From Bacteroidales bacterium (GTDB lineage: Bacteria; Bacteroidota; Bacteroidia; Bacteroidales; UBA12077), in the NCBI GenBank assembly GCA_028282785.1, contig JANQHE010000037.1, forward strand, positions 206,856 to 270,855: a stretch of 64,000 bases of DNA, in the 5' to 3' direction. The notes beneath the pieces are model-generated. The model had not been told where the DNA came from. It was given only the letters and a program-made list of their open reading frames with translations, and did not search any database. Positions 21,062 to 31,825 of the stretch are shown here, piece by piece (position 1 is the stretch's first letter; each line of letters begins with the position of its first letter). The translations under genes and the position numbers were made by a program.

Positions 21062-22210
21062 TTAATTTTTTGAAGCATAAAATGCAGAATAACTCACATA
21101 AATTATAGATGCAACTAAAACGAACAGGCTTTGAGTAACACCAAAACTATCACTTATAAGTCCCATTATTGGAGGAATTATTGCTCCTCCACATACCGCT
21201 AATATGATCATTCCGGATATTTCATTTGCATACTCCGGCTTATTCTCAACGGCAATTGTGAAAACAATAGGGAAAATATTAGAAAAGCCTAAGCCTGTAA
21301 TAAAGATTAATACCCAGGCCAGGTTAAGGTTATTAATCAAAATCAATGCAACCAAACCGGCTAAGGTTATAACCGCACTTACTATAAAAAACCTAATAGT
21401 ATTTATTTTTCGCAATAAAAAAGCACCTGCTAACCTTCCGACCATTAAAGAAGCAAAATATATACTAATACCTAAGCTTGCTTTTTCAATGGTAATAGAG
21501 AATTTTACACTTAAAAAGTTTGCAATATTAGAATTTATTGCTACATCGAAACCTACCATAAAGAAAACAGAAAAAATCATAACCAGCACGAACTTTACTT
21601 TGAATAATTTCAATACAGTTCTTAAGTTTGCCGGCTCTTTTTCCGGTTTCGACTCTTCTATTTTAACAGAACCCAACCAAAGTGCTGTTAAAAATGATAA
21701 TATAGCATATAAAGGAAAGATCAACTTCCAGTTTCCTGTATAAGTTGCGAATGCTGTAGCAATAATAGGCCCTAACATAGAAGCTATGGCCTTTATAAAT
21801 TGTGACAAACTTAGGTTTGCTGCTTTATTATTTTTTGATGATATGTCGATTAATAAAGGGTTAGCCGACACCTGTAAAATCGTATTACCTATACCAAGAA
21901 TAATAAATCCGATTACAGCGGTTAAATATGAATAATGAATAAACGGAACCAGCATTCCGATTCCGGTAACAAGCATTCCGGTATTAACCGTAAAACGTTT
22001 TCCCCTGCGATCCTGAAAAATTCCGGTAGGAATTGCCAATAAAGCAAACCAAACAAAAACCATACTGGGAAGAAGTTGGGCTACACTATCCGATAAATCA
22101 AAGTCTTTTTTAATATAACCTGTAGCCACACCTACAAGGTCCACAAAACCCATTACATAAAATGATAATAATACGGGAGCGAGATGTCTAAAGGAAGCTT
22201 TTTTGTTCAT
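21062..22210 (-). CDS. MFS sugar transporter (FucP/glucose-galactose-type)
   Basis: 382 aa with ~12 hydrophobic segments and an MFS loop motif FQDRRGKRF after TM2. Confidence 0.75.
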   Translation of the reverse strand: MNKKASFRHLAPVLLSFYVMGFVDLVGVATGYIKKDFDLSDSVAQLLPSMVFVWFALLAIPTGIFQDRRGKRFTVNTGMLVTGIGMLVPFIHYSYLTAVIGFIILGIGNTILQVSANPLLIDISSKNNKAANLSLSQFIKAIASMLGPIIATAFATYTGNWKLIFPLYAILSFLTALWLGSVKIEESKPEKEPANLRTVLKLFKVKFVLVMIFSVFFMVGFDVAINSNIANFLSVKFSITIEKASLGISIYFASLMVGRLAGAFLLRKINTIRFFIVSAVITLAGLVALILINNLNLAWVLIFITGLGFSNIFPIVFTIAVENKPEYANEISGMIILAVCGGAIIPPIMGLISDSFGVTQSLFVLVASIIYVSYSAFYASKN

Positions 22211-22257
22211 GAGATATCAAAAATTAATTATGTAATAAAATCAAGTTTTTTAATATT

Positions 22258-24006
22258 TTAATAGTTGGTTCTAACATAAGCTTTAATAATACCAACTTGT
22301 TTACCTTCACTAACTCCATAAGGTTTAATAGTATACCTACCTACTTTTGCAGGTACAATAAAAGTTTCTGCATAATGGATTATAAAAGGTTCAAAATTAC
22401 CATCCGGGCTTTCAACAATTGCCTCTTCGCCTTCGACCAGGTTTAATACTTGTACTCCGCCATTTGTATTATGATTTGTAAGCTTACTAAACCAGAACCT
22501 TCTTGTTTCAATAAATTCTCTTTCATGCAAACCGGTTCTTTCTTCTGTCCAACCATCTCCTTCATCTATTTTTTCTATTCGATTCACCAGGTTAGTTTTT
22601 GTCCAAGGTGTTGTGCGATCCCACTGAATTACATTCTTTCCATGTTCAAGATTTATGGGCCGTGGTTTTCCATCCAACCCTAAGCGGCCCCAATCCCATA
22701 ATTTAAATGTAAAAATATAAGGTGTTGAACTAATTTCCAGAACCATGGAATCTACTCCTGAACAATGAATTGTTCCTCCCGGGATTAAAACATGATCGTG
22801 TTTTTTAATATCCCAGGTTTGAACATGTTTATCTGCATCAAAATGAGTACCTTTTTCCTGAGCCTCTTCAAGTTCTTCCATCATTTGCTGCGGGTTTATG
22901 CCTTCTCTTAAACCCAAATAAACTTTAGCTCCAGGTTTAGCATCCATTAAATAATAACTTTCGTCCTGTGTATAGGGAATACCAAATTTTTCTTGTATAT
23001 ATTCAGTTAAAGGATGAACCTGTAAACTTAAATTTCCACCATCCATTGTATCCAAAAAGTCGAAACGAATTGGAAATTCATCACCAAATCTTGCATGTAC
23101 CGCATCGCCTAATAATTCTATCGGTTGATAAAAGACCAGGTTTATAGATGGAATTTCAACCAAAGTTTCGTTGAATTTAAATAGCAAACTATTTTCTTCG
23201 GGGACACAATTGAAACACCAAGCAAAATTATCTACATCTTTATCCAAATCACAAACTTCTTTCATCCATTGTCCCCCCCAAGGCCCAGGGTCGAAGAAAG
23301 GCATCAAACTAAATGGCCTTCCAGCCGCTTGTTTTAATGCATTCCTCATTAAATCGCCATCAATCAATTTTGGATTTTTATGATCATTTGTATCCAGAAT
23401 AAAATCCCAATTATGCATTAATTTTCGTTTTAACCTGTCTTGTACTCTCCAGTCAACAAAAAAACCACGTTTATATTTGGCTTCAAAAGTCTCGTTTTTA
23501 TTATTTACTCCAAAATTATTCACTTCATTTCTACGCATTCTCTGTTGAATTTCCCAGCGAGCCATATCTGCATAAACTATAATATCAGGATCTTCAACCA
23601 GTAAAGATGCTCCATATCCAACTATTATTGTTTTTCCGTTATACGAAGGAATTCTGTTTTTAGCTTTTTCCAGTTCAGAGTTATCAAAAAAATCTATAAC
23701 ATTTAATCTTGTTAAAAAACCAAAGATCCGATCATCTGTAACATCTTGTTGAGTAATTTCCCTGATTTGTTCTTCCGGTTTCATTAAATCAGCTGTATTG
23801 ATCAGATTATTGTAACTCAACTCATTTTTAACCCAGTTTAAAAGTTTATCATAATAAATACCCTGATAACATTCAAAAACAAGTGTATTGCTTCCACTTG
23901 AATTGCCTAATAAACTATTTAATTTATTAGTTATAGCTGTCCAACCAACATTAATATCTTTGGGATCACTATGGATCTCTATAAATGGAAATTTATTAAA
24001 ACTCAT
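22258..24006 (-). CDS. Class I mannose-6-phosphate isomerase (long ~580-aa form)
   Basis: Cupin/PMI motifs LSLQVHPLTEYIQEKFG, YTQDESYYLMDA and HVLIPGGTIHCSG. No signal peptide. Confidence 0.65.
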   Translation of the reverse strand: MSFNKFPFIEIHSDPKDINVGWTAITNKLNSLLGNSSGSNTLVFECYQGIYYDKLLNWVKNELSYNNLINTADLMKPEEQIREITQQDVTDDRIFGFLTRLNVIDFFDNSELEKAKNRIPSYNGKTIIVGYGASLLVEDPDIIVYADMARWEIQQRMRRNEVNNFGVNNKNETFEAKYKRGFFVDWRVQDRLKRKLMHNWDFILDTNDHKNPKLIDGDLMRNALKQAAGRPFSLMPFFDPGPWGGQWMKEVCDLDKDVDNFAWCFNCVPEENSLLFKFNETLVEIPSINLVFYQPIELLGDAVHARFGDEFPIRFDFLDTMDGGNLSLQVHPLTEYIQEKFGIPYTQDESYYLMDAKPGAKVYLGLREGINPQQMMEELEEAQEKGTHFDADKHVQTWDIKKHDHVLIPGGTIHCSGVDSMVLEISSTPYIFTFKLWDWGRLGLDGKPRPINLEHGKNVIQWDRTTPWTKTNLVNRIEKIDEGDGWTEERTGLHEREFIETRRFWFSKLTNHNTNGGVQVLNLVEGEEAIVESPDGNFEPFIIHYAETFIVPAKVGRYTIKPYGVSEGKQVGIIKAYVRTNY

Positions 24007-24023
24007 CTACTCGCGTTTATTTT

Positions 24024-25550
24024 TTAATATCCTGTATTCTGCGTTAATTTTTTATTTAAATCTATTTCCCGTTGTGGTATCGGAAATAAATAATGAATAT
24101 CCTGTGGATTTACATTACTTTTTCCTGAAGCCTGAACAACTTCAATCAGCTTTCCAAAACGTTTTAAATCATTATATCTGCTACCTTCCATCACAAACTC
24201 AAGTCTACGTTCATTTAAAACCGCATCACGAAATTCCGAATAGGATAATCCGGACAAATCAGGTAAAATGTTTTGTTCAACCACTCCATTAAATCTTGCT
24301 CTTTTTCTAACTTCATTTATTGCATCATAGGCTTCGGTTGTCGGACCATTGTTTACTTCGTTTAAGGCTTCTGCATACATTAATAAAACATCGGCATAAC
24401 GAATATAAATTACATCGGAATTTGTACTATTTCCTCTGGGTTCTGCTTCCTGATCCCAAAATTTTCCAATATGCGGGTCGAAGTTAACAGTTGTTCCGTC
24501 CGAATATGTATATGAGGTTATGAAAGTAACTGCCCTCCTTCTATCCAAGGGATCAAAACTATTGTATAAATTATCAGTGGGCTGTTCCCAACCATGTGCA
24601 TTTTCCGGTCCTTCGCCATCAACATCTAGTCCTGAAGGTAGCAAGCGGACGTGATACTGGTTTGGTTTAAATCCCTCACTTAAAGTACCACTATAATTTA
24701 CTGCAAAAATTATTTCGCCTGAATTCATATTTGCAATCTTGAAAATATCAGCATAATCGGGCCATAATTGGTATACGTGAGAGTCAATTACTTCAGATAA
24801 CTTATCCGATGCATTAGAATAATCACCTTTTGTAAGATAAACTCTTCCTAATAAAGCAGTTGCCGCCAATGGAGTTGGCCTTCCGTTTCCCACACGGTAA
24901 TTTGTTGATAAATTCTGTTCTGCATATTCCAAATCAGTAATAATGATATTATATACATCATCTTCACCAGATCTAGGGATAAAGGCATCATCGGCACTTT
25001 CTGTCGAAGTAGTTTTTAATGGTACATCTCCAAAATATTTAACGAGTTCAAAATACATCATTGCACGAATAAAACGAGCCTCTGATAACAAATGTAACTT
25101 TCTATTTTCCGCAAAATCAATATCCGGGACCTTATCAATAACCACATTTGCAGCGTTTATTGTTTTATATAGATCTTGCCAATAAAGTTCTATTCTAAGA
25201 TTATCTGCTGTAAATCTAAATTCTGATAAGTTTCTGTACTCTGCTGATACCAGTGTTTCGTAACAATTATCTGATAATAAATCCTGAAAAACCCAATAAT
25301 CATTAAAGAAAATACCACCAAAACCATTATCCCATAAATAATCCGTACCCACGGTTAAATAATCGTACAAAGCATTTACTGCAGCAACAGCATCTTCTTC
25401 TGTTTTATAATAATTAGCTGACGTAATTAAGGATTCAGGATCTTCTTCCAAAAAATCGCAAGAACTCATTAATAATATACCTATAATCATATTTATTAAT
25501 AGCAACAAATTACGAATCCTTTTTTTGTATATATCCGATTTACTTTTCAT
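24024..25550 (-). CDS. SusD/RagB-family nutrient-binding outer-membrane lipoprotein
   Basis: Lipobox GILLMSSCDF. It lies immediately downstream of the SusC-like gene, and its length and helical composition are typical of the family. Confidence 0.85.
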   Translation of the reverse strand: MKSKSDIYKKRIRNLLLLINMIIGILLMSSCDFLEEDPESLITSANYYKTEEDAVAAVNALYDYLTVGTDYLWDNGFGGIFFNDYWVFQDLLSDNCYETLVSAEYRNLSEFRFTADNLRIELYWQDLYKTINAANVVIDKVPDIDFAENRKLHLLSEARFIRAMMYFELVKYFGDVPLKTTSTESADDAFIPRSGEDDVYNIIITDLEYAEQNLSTNYRVGNGRPTPLAATALLGRVYLTKGDYSNASDKLSEVIDSHVYQLWPDYADIFKIANMNSGEIIFAVNYSGTLSEGFKPNQYHVRLLPSGLDVDGEGPENAHGWEQPTDNLYNSFDPLDRRRAVTFITSYTYSDGTTVNFDPHIGKFWDQEAEPRGNSTNSDVIYIRYADVLLMYAEALNEVNNGPTTEAYDAINEVRKRARFNGVVEQNILPDLSGLSYSEFRDAVLNERRLEFVMEGSRYNDLKRFGKLIEVVQASGKSNVNPQDIHYLFPIPQREIDLNKKLTQNTGY

Positions 25551-25560
25551 AAAGCCCAGG

Positions 25561-28500
25561 TTATAGTTTTAAAGAAATACCTAATGTATATAGCTTTGTT
25601 GAGGGATAAGAGCCATAGTCTGCTCCCATACTTAAATTATCGTTTGCAAATCTGCTAACCTCCGGATCATATCCTGAGTAAGAAGTTAATGTATATAAGT
25701 TTTTAGCACTAACATATAACTGTAGCGAAGAAATCTTAATACGATCCAATATTTTTTTGGAGAAAGTATATGATAATGTAACATCCTTAACACGTAAATA
25801 GCTTCCGTCTTCTACCTGAGCATTGGATAAAGTATATGCACGTGGTGTTGCATTTGCCCTTGGATATTCGTTTGTTGGATTGGTTGTTGTCCACCTGTCT
25901 AGAGCAGCAACCGAGTTATTTCTGTTTCCATCAAAACTTTCCAGCGTAAAACGGTTAAAGTTCACAATTTCATTCCCATATACACCTTGTATATAAATAT
26001 TTAATGTAAATGATTTATAGCTAAATGTATTAGTAAGCCCATAAGTAAAATCCGGATTTGCATTACCTAATTTAACTTTATCTGATTCATTAATTACTCC
26101 ATCTTCATTAACATCTACGTATTTTCTATCTCCATAATCCGGAGTATAATCAGTAAAATAAGGTAATGATGCAGGATCTTCGTCCAATTGTATTATACCG
26201 TCGGAAAGGTAACCATAAAATGTTCCTATTGACTCACCTTCCGTTATTCTGGTCCATCCGTTAATTCCAAGAATACTTTGGCCAACCAAATCATCTTCGC
26301 CTGTAAGTTTGGTAATTTCATTTTTGTTCATTGCAAAGTTGAATATGGTGTTCCAGGAAAAATTGCCGACGAAATTTGCTGTATTCGCAGTAATTTCAAA
26401 ACCGTAATTTTCCATATTACCAACATTTGTATAAGCATATTTATACCCTGAAGTATAAGGTACAGGTGCATTCAGTAATAAATCATAGGTTTCTTTATGA
26501 TAGAAATCTCCGGTTAAACTTATTCTGTTTTTATAGAAACCAATATCCAGACCAACATTAATTTGCTCTGTAGTTTCCCACTTTAAATTACTATTCTCAA
26601 AAGATGAAGGCCCTGCCCCTACGGCAATTTCATTCTCTCCAAAATAAGCTTCTGTTATTTCCAACAATCCTAGTGAGCTATAAGGAGGAATACCCTCATT
26701 ACCTACCTGACCATACCCGGCCCTAAGTTTTAAATTACTGATTTTTGAATCTCCATTCCAGAAATCTTCCTGGGTAACTCTCCAGGCTACCGAAAAAGAT
26801 GGGAAAAATCCATATTTATTACCCGATCCGAATTTGGATGAGCCGTCTAATCTACCCGTGAGAGTAAGTAAATACTTTTCTTTATAATTGTAATTAACTC
26901 TTGAAATTACAGATTGCATTTGCCAACCGGAAGTACCACTTAACATTAATGTTTTTTGGCTTCCCATTTGAATTGCATTATAACCTAATCTATTATCTTC
27001 AAAATCGGAGCTTGCTGCATACTGATATTCGGAGTCAAATTCTTGTAAGGAATGACCAATCAAGGCATTTATGGAATGATCATTTATCTTTTTATTGAAA
27101 TTTAAAGTATTTTCAATTAACCAGGTATAACCATTGGTTGATCCTAGTGCTGCCTGGCCATTTGAAGCTTCGGCGCGTTTTAAATAATTTGGAACAAAAG
27201 ACTTATCGGTATTAAAATAGGCATCTCCTCCCAACGAACTCCTGAATTTAAGATAGTCTGTTAAATTCCATTCCAGATAGAAATTACCAATAAACCGGTT
27301 AGCTATATTTATTTGTTCTGTTTCCAAAGCATCTGCAACGGGATTCCCTACCGAAGGTTTTGAAGTGTTATTTTCGTAAATATAATTACCTTCTTCATCA
27401 TAAACATCCAATCCCGGATTAAATTCTAATGCCCAAGATGTTACACTGGATGGAATGGCAGCTTCATCATCAGTTACAACTCCATTTAAAACACTTCTGT
27501 TAATATTTATTGAAGTACCGATCTTAACATTATCCTTTAAGTTATTCGCCAAATTAATGCGTAGGTTACCTTTCTTAAAGTCAGAACCAATAATGATTCC
27601 ATCCTGGCTAAAATAATTCAAGGAAATTGCATACGTAGTTCGCTCTGTTCCTCCGGAAAACGACAATTGATGGTTTTGAATTGGTGCAACTCTAAAAATT
27701 TCCTCTTGCCAATCGGTTCCTTCTCCAAGATTTGTCGGACTTGCATATATTAATTTTCTGTCAACACCTGCATTATCTGCTGCTTCATTAGCTAATTCTG
27801 CTAATTCTCTTGCTGTCAACATTTCAATCTTTTTCCTAACCTCCTGAATACCTGCGTATCCATCATATGATATGCTAAATTTTCCTTTTGCGCCTTGTTT
27901 TGTTGTAACCATTATTACTCCGTTAGCACCTCTTGCTCCGTAAATTGCAGTTGCTGAAGCATCTTTTAATATTTCAACAGACTCAATATCATTTGGATTT
28001 AAACTTGTTAAGGGATTTAATTGAGGTCCTTTCACTGCTCCCGTCGAGCCCAGAGTTGGATCACTAATAATTGGAACTCCATCAATAATATATAATGGTT
28101 CATTTGTTCCATTTATTGAGCTTGTTCCTCTGATTCGGATCGTTGTAGCTGCACCAGGCTGACCCGAAGTTTGCGTTACAACAACACCTGCAGCCTTTCC
28201 TTGTAATCCTTGATCCAACGAAGCAATGGATGTAGTAATAATGTCCTCGCCTTTTACCGATGAAATTGAACCTGTTAAATCACTTTTCTTTTGGGTTCCA
28301 TAACCAACTACGATTACTTCATCCATTTCAAGAGCTGACTCTGTAAGTACTATGTTATAATTGGTCTCTTTTCCGAGTTTGATTTCCTTTTGATTATACC
28401 CTATAAAGCTAATAATTAGAGAAGAATTTAAAGGAGCATCTAATTTAAATTTACCATTTATATCCGTTACGGTTCCTATGGAAGTATTTTTTACCTGGAT

Positions 28501-28647
28501 ATTTGCACCGGGAAGTGGTAAACCATCACTTTCAGAAGTTACCGTACCTTGAATGGTTGTAAAGTTTTCATCCTGAGCAACTATTTGCCCTATAAAAAAC
28601 AAACTTATAAAACCTAAAAAAAAAATCCTTTTCATAGGATATGTCAA
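25561..28647 (-). CDS. SusC/RagA-family TonB-dependent transporter
   Basis: Signal peptide, a carboxypeptidase-regulatory-like domain (TIQGTVTSESDGLPLPGANIQVK), a plug region (VVVGYGTQKKSDLTGSISSV) and a terminal strand (YTLGISLKL). 1028 aa. Confidence 0.9.
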   Translation of the reverse strand: MTYPMKRIFFLGFISLFFIGQIVAQDENFTTIQGTVTSESDGLPLPGANIQVKNTSIGTVTDINGKFKLDAPLNSSLIISFIGYNQKEIKLGKETNYNIVLTESALEMDEVIVVGYGTQKKSDLTGSISSVKGEDIITTSIASLDQGLQGKAAGVVVTQTSGQPGAATTIRIRGTSSINGTNEPLYIIDGVPIISDPTLGSTGAVKGPQLNPLTSLNPNDIESVEILKDASATAIYGARGANGVIMVTTKQGAKGKFSISYDGYAGIQEVRKKIEMLTARELAELANEAADNAGVDRKLIYASPTNLGEGTDWQEEIFRVAPIQNHQLSFSGGTERTTYAISLNYFSQDGIIIGSDFKKGNLRINLANNLKDNVKIGTSININRSVLNGVVTDDEAAIPSSVTSWALEFNPGLDVYDEEGNYIYENNTSKPSVGNPVADALETEQINIANRFIGNFYLEWNLTDYLKFRSSLGGDAYFNTDKSFVPNYLKRAEASNGQAALGSTNGYTWLIENTLNFNKKINDHSINALIGHSLQEFDSEYQYAASSDFEDNRLGYNAIQMGSQKTLMLSGTSGWQMQSVISRVNYNYKEKYLLTLTGRLDGSSKFGSGNKYGFFPSFSVAWRVTQEDFWNGDSKISNLKLRAGYGQVGNEGIPPYSSLGLLEITEAYFGENEIAVGAGPSSFENSNLKWETTEQINVGLDIGFYKNRISLTGDFYHKETYDLLLNAPVPYTSGYKYAYTNVGNMENYGFEITANTANFVGNFSWNTIFNFAMNKNEITKLTGEDDLVGQSILGINGWTRITEGESIGTFYGYLSDGIIQLDEDPASLPYFTDYTPDYGDRKYVDVNEDGVINESDKVKLGNANPDFTYGLTNTFSYKSFTLNIYIQGVYGNEIVNFNRFTLESFDGNRNNSVAALDRWTTTNPTNEYPRANATPRAYTLSNAQVEDGSYLRVKDVTLSYTFSKKILDRIKISSLQLYVSAKNLYTLTSYSGYDPEVSRFANDNLSMGADYGSYPSTKLYTLGISLKL

Positions 28648-28700
28648 TTAGTTAAGATAGGAAACCCCGGTATTAACCAGGGCCTCCAAGAAATATTGCG

Positions 28701-29567
28701 TTATTTATCCCAAGTTACATCGTTACAAGTCCCTGCTGGGCCAGCGTCATCTTCAGCTCCATTTTGATACGGATCAAAATCACCACTTCTTGCTGTTGCG
28801 TAAAAAACCTTTTCGTAGTTTTCAACCGGCTCATAAGGTACTGTTTCGCTTCCTGTATTAAATGCATCTAAACCATAATAAACAACATCGCCTCTCAATT
28901 CTTCGTGATCGATCGTTGTAATCATTATTGTATCGCGTACATCTTCTAAGAAAGCTCCGGTTCTGGACAAAATCAACATTGAATCTGCTTCGTTAAAATT
29001 CCAGTAACAATGGTTATACCACAGGTCACTGAAATCATCAACTTTAGCACCGATACTTTTATCATAACTACCGTCTTCGTAGAATCTATAAATATCATCG
29101 GTATAAACATCAGAAATATCATTTTCATTGGTTAATTCACGAATTTCTTCTGATAGCAACCAATCATATTTTAATAATAACTGTGTAACCGTAAGCTCCA
29201 CATCTACAACCAAATCTTTTGAAACTTCTTGCCCATCATTATCGATAGCAGTAAATTGAATTGATAAAATCGGATCAACGTCTTCTTCCGAAACCGTATG
29301 TGTATAAGTAAAAGTTAACGTAGTAAATTCGTCAGGAGTACCAAAAGCTGTACCATCATGCAAGGTAGTTACAACAACTTTATTTAAACCTGCTTCAGCA
29401 ACAACGGTCACATTTACGGAAATTTCTTCACCGGCTTTCGCCTCTATAAGCTCTTCACTTAATGTTATTGTCGGGGGCGCAGAATCATCATCATCATCAC
29501 ATGAAGTAACAATGAATAAAGCGGCAAACAATAATACCGCCAGGTTAGCAAAAACACTTTTCTTCAT
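28701..29567 (-). CDS. PUL surface lipoprotein in the SusE/F position (possible glycan-binding protein)
   Basis: Lipobox IVTSCDDDDD with an acidic linker. It lies directly upstream of SusC in the operon. No family signature was recognised. Confidence 0.4.
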   Translation of the reverse strand: MKKSVFANLAVLLFAALFIVTSCDDDDDSAPPTITLSEELIEAKAGEEISVNVTVVAEAGLNKVVVTTLHDGTAFGTPDEFTTLTFTYTHTVSEEDVDPILSIQFTAIDNDGQEVSKDLVVDVELTVTQLLLKYDWLLSEEIRELTNENDISDVYTDDIYRFYEDGSYDKSIGAKVDDFSDLWYNHCYWNFNEADSMLILSRTGAFLEDVRDTIMITTIDHEELRGDVVYYGLDAFNTGSETVPYEPVENYEKVFYATARSGDFDPYQNGAEDDAGPAGTCNDVTWDK

Positions 29568-29680
29568 AGTTCATATTTTAAGTTAGTAAAATGGCATATG
29601 TTCATATGTATGCACAAACTTAATGATAAATTTTATTATGTCCAATTTATTTAACATATTTTTTAAGTTAGTTTAAAGAT

Positions 29681-30763
29681 TTAATTATCTATTTTATTTA
29701 GAGATACCCGTATAAACTTTGGACGATAAATACCAGCGTCCTTATAATGATCGGAAAGTTTAAAAGAATTTGTATTATAAGAGATCAGAATACCCCTTTC
29801 ATCTATAAACTGGGGATGTACAACCGCATTATAGGTAAATATATCACTATTTAAACTATCTAATGGAGTGGTATATAAGTGTTTTTTATTGGTCCAACCC
29901 GTGTATGGTTTTTGAGAACTATATACATGAATCTCCGGGCTCAACCCTCCATCCTGAGTAAAATAATAATATATATCATTTAATTTTATTATCGAAAATT
30001 GTTCTGATCCGTTTATATCTGCCATTGGTTTTGAATCTTCAGGATTTTTTGTCCAAACCTCTCCATTAAAAAATTCCCATTTATCATTTACATTAGCTAT
30101 ACCTACCCTGGCCACATGTGCTTTCCCTTCGCATAACCCGTATATGTATAAAAAATTTTCGTCCTCTAACACTGCATGCCCATAGTGTACACCATTTTTC
30201 AGTCCGTAATCAATGATTTCAACCTTGGTTTCTTTTAGATCGGGAAGCGAATATGTAAACAAAGCTGTACCCTCCCAACTAAATCCCCACATACCTGTAT
30301 CTACCTGATGAAATTCAGATGCAAATATTTTTAAATAATTATTGTCAACAAAGCCGTCTCCCGGCCAATACCACTGTTCATATTCAGATATTTCAAAATC
30401 AGACGCAAGAACCTGTGGAGGAATCATTACAGACCTGTTCACATAACCCGTATCATTAAATATGAACTCAAAATTACTACCATCTTGAACAATAAATGAA
30501 TTTCTTATATATATCGGATCAGTTTTAGTTCTTGTATTATCATCGTTTACCGCTCCAACGAATGTATCCCCAAAAATCCATATGGTCCTTCCATCAGGTA
30601 GTAATACAGAATATGTTCCATCACCTCCTGTAAAACCATCTCCTTTTTGATAAAAATATTCATTGAATTCATCATCGATTACAACACTTTTTTTTTCTTC
30701 CTTATTTACGCAAGAAACCAGAACAGTACCGATAATGGTACCAATTATAAATATCCTTTTCAT
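29681..30763 (-). CDS. PUL-encoded secreted glycoside-hydrolase candidate, paralog C
   Basis: Lipobox TVLVSCV. Motif GFTGGDGTYSVLLPDGRTIWIFGDTFVG, with C-terminal YRPKFIRV. Confidence 0.4.
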   Translation of the reverse strand: MKRIFIIGTIIGTVLVSCVNKEEKKSVVIDDEFNEYFYQKGDGFTGGDGTYSVLLPDGRTIWIFGDTFVGAVNDDNTRTKTDPIYIRNSFIVQDGSNFEFIFNDTGYVNRSVMIPPQVLASDFEISEYEQWYWPGDGFVDNNYLKIFASEFHQVDTGMWGFSWEGTALFTYSLPDLKETKVEIIDYGLKNGVHYGHAVLEDENFLYIYGLCEGKAHVARVGIANVNDKWEFFNGEVWTKNPEDSKPMADINGSEQFSIIKLNDIYYYFTQDGGLSPEIHVYSSQKPYTGWTNKKHLYTTPLDSLNSDIFTYNAVVHPQFIDERGILISYNTNSFKLSDHYKDAGIYRPKFIRVSLNKIDN

Positions 30764-30787
30764 TCTTAACTTTTGTATCTTATATAA

Positions 30788-31516
30788 TTATTCTCTTTCG
30801 CTCTCTACTGTATAAACTATGCTATCTGACCGATAGTAACCCAAATTAAACTCGATAGGCCGTCTGCCCGGATCATATACAAACCTTTTCCTTTTTAAGA
30901 TCGGGTCGCCTATTTTTATATTGAGTCTTTTTGCCAGTACTCTATCTGCGGCAACTGCGGTAATTTCTTCTTTTGAAAGCTTTGCAACCACGGCATAATC
31001 ATTTTGAAGTATTTCATATAATGGCCGATTAAAATTCTCCGTGCCTGATAACCCGATCCTTGGATGAAAATACGAAACAAAATAAACAAAAGGCCCATCT
31101 TTACTTCCGCGTAACCTTTCCATTTTTAAGATTTTCGAATCTTCCGGTATTCCAAAAAACTCTGCCACTCGTTTGTCCGGATTTACCCAGGTCAATTTTA
31201 TATCGTAATTAACCACTTCTATCCCTTTTGATCTCATTTCCTGCGTAAAGCTCATCCAGTTTTTTGCTTTACTATCTACGGGACGTGTAACAATGGTTCC
31301 TACTCCCTTTTTTCGAAACAAAAGCCCTTCATAAACTAATTTATTTGTTGCTTGTCTTAAGGTATTTCTGGATATACCTAATTCGTTTGCCATTTCTATT
31401 TCATTTGGTAATAACTTTCCATTCTGATATTCAGGCATAGCTATTAATTTCCTAAGTAATTTTTCAACCTGTACATAAAGAGGAATTGAACTGTTATGAT
31501 CAATAAACAATTTCAT
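30788..31516 (-). CDS. GntR-family (HutC/UTRA-type) transcriptional regulator
   Basis: wHTH region LPNEIEMANELGISRNTLRQATNKLVYEGLL followed by a UTRA-like C-terminal half. It sits at the head of the PUL. Confidence 0.8.
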   Translation of the reverse strand: MKLFIDHNSSIPLYVQVEKLLRKLIAMPEYQNGKLLPNEIEMANELGISRNTLRQATNKLVYEGLLFRKKGVGTIVTRPVDSKAKNWMSFTQEMRSKGIEVVNYDIKLTWVNPDKRVAEFFGIPEDSKILKMERLRGSKDGPFVYFVSYFHPRIGLSGTENFNRPLYEILQNDYAVVAKLSKEEITAVAADRVLAKRLNIKIGDPILKRKRFVYDPGRRPIEFNLGYYRSDSIVYTVESERE

Positions 31517-31825
31517 AATATATTATCCGTATTTAAAACTAAGTAAATTCACAAGTTACTTGTTCAAATGTATGAACATAATTTAAATTTAACAACAGAT
31601 TCATGAATTTTAATTGATAAATAGAAAATGAATCGCATTTGTCTATCGGCAGTTTATATTGTTTGGTTACTAAAGACAACAAAATCCTTACTAAAAAAAT
31701 GTTTGGAGGTATTGGAAAATATTGTGTACTCATACTAAAAGGAAATTCAGTTTGAATTTTTAATGTCCTATTTGGACAGTGAGACTAACGAAAGCGAGTA
31801 AAAAATAAGAGGCGTTATTCTTAAT

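Noticed and set aside
31539-31733. 64-aa ORF upstream of the GntR gene
   Set aside because: It lies in AT-rich intergenic sequence, has an implausible composition and has no start context. It is more likely the promoter region of the PUL regulator.
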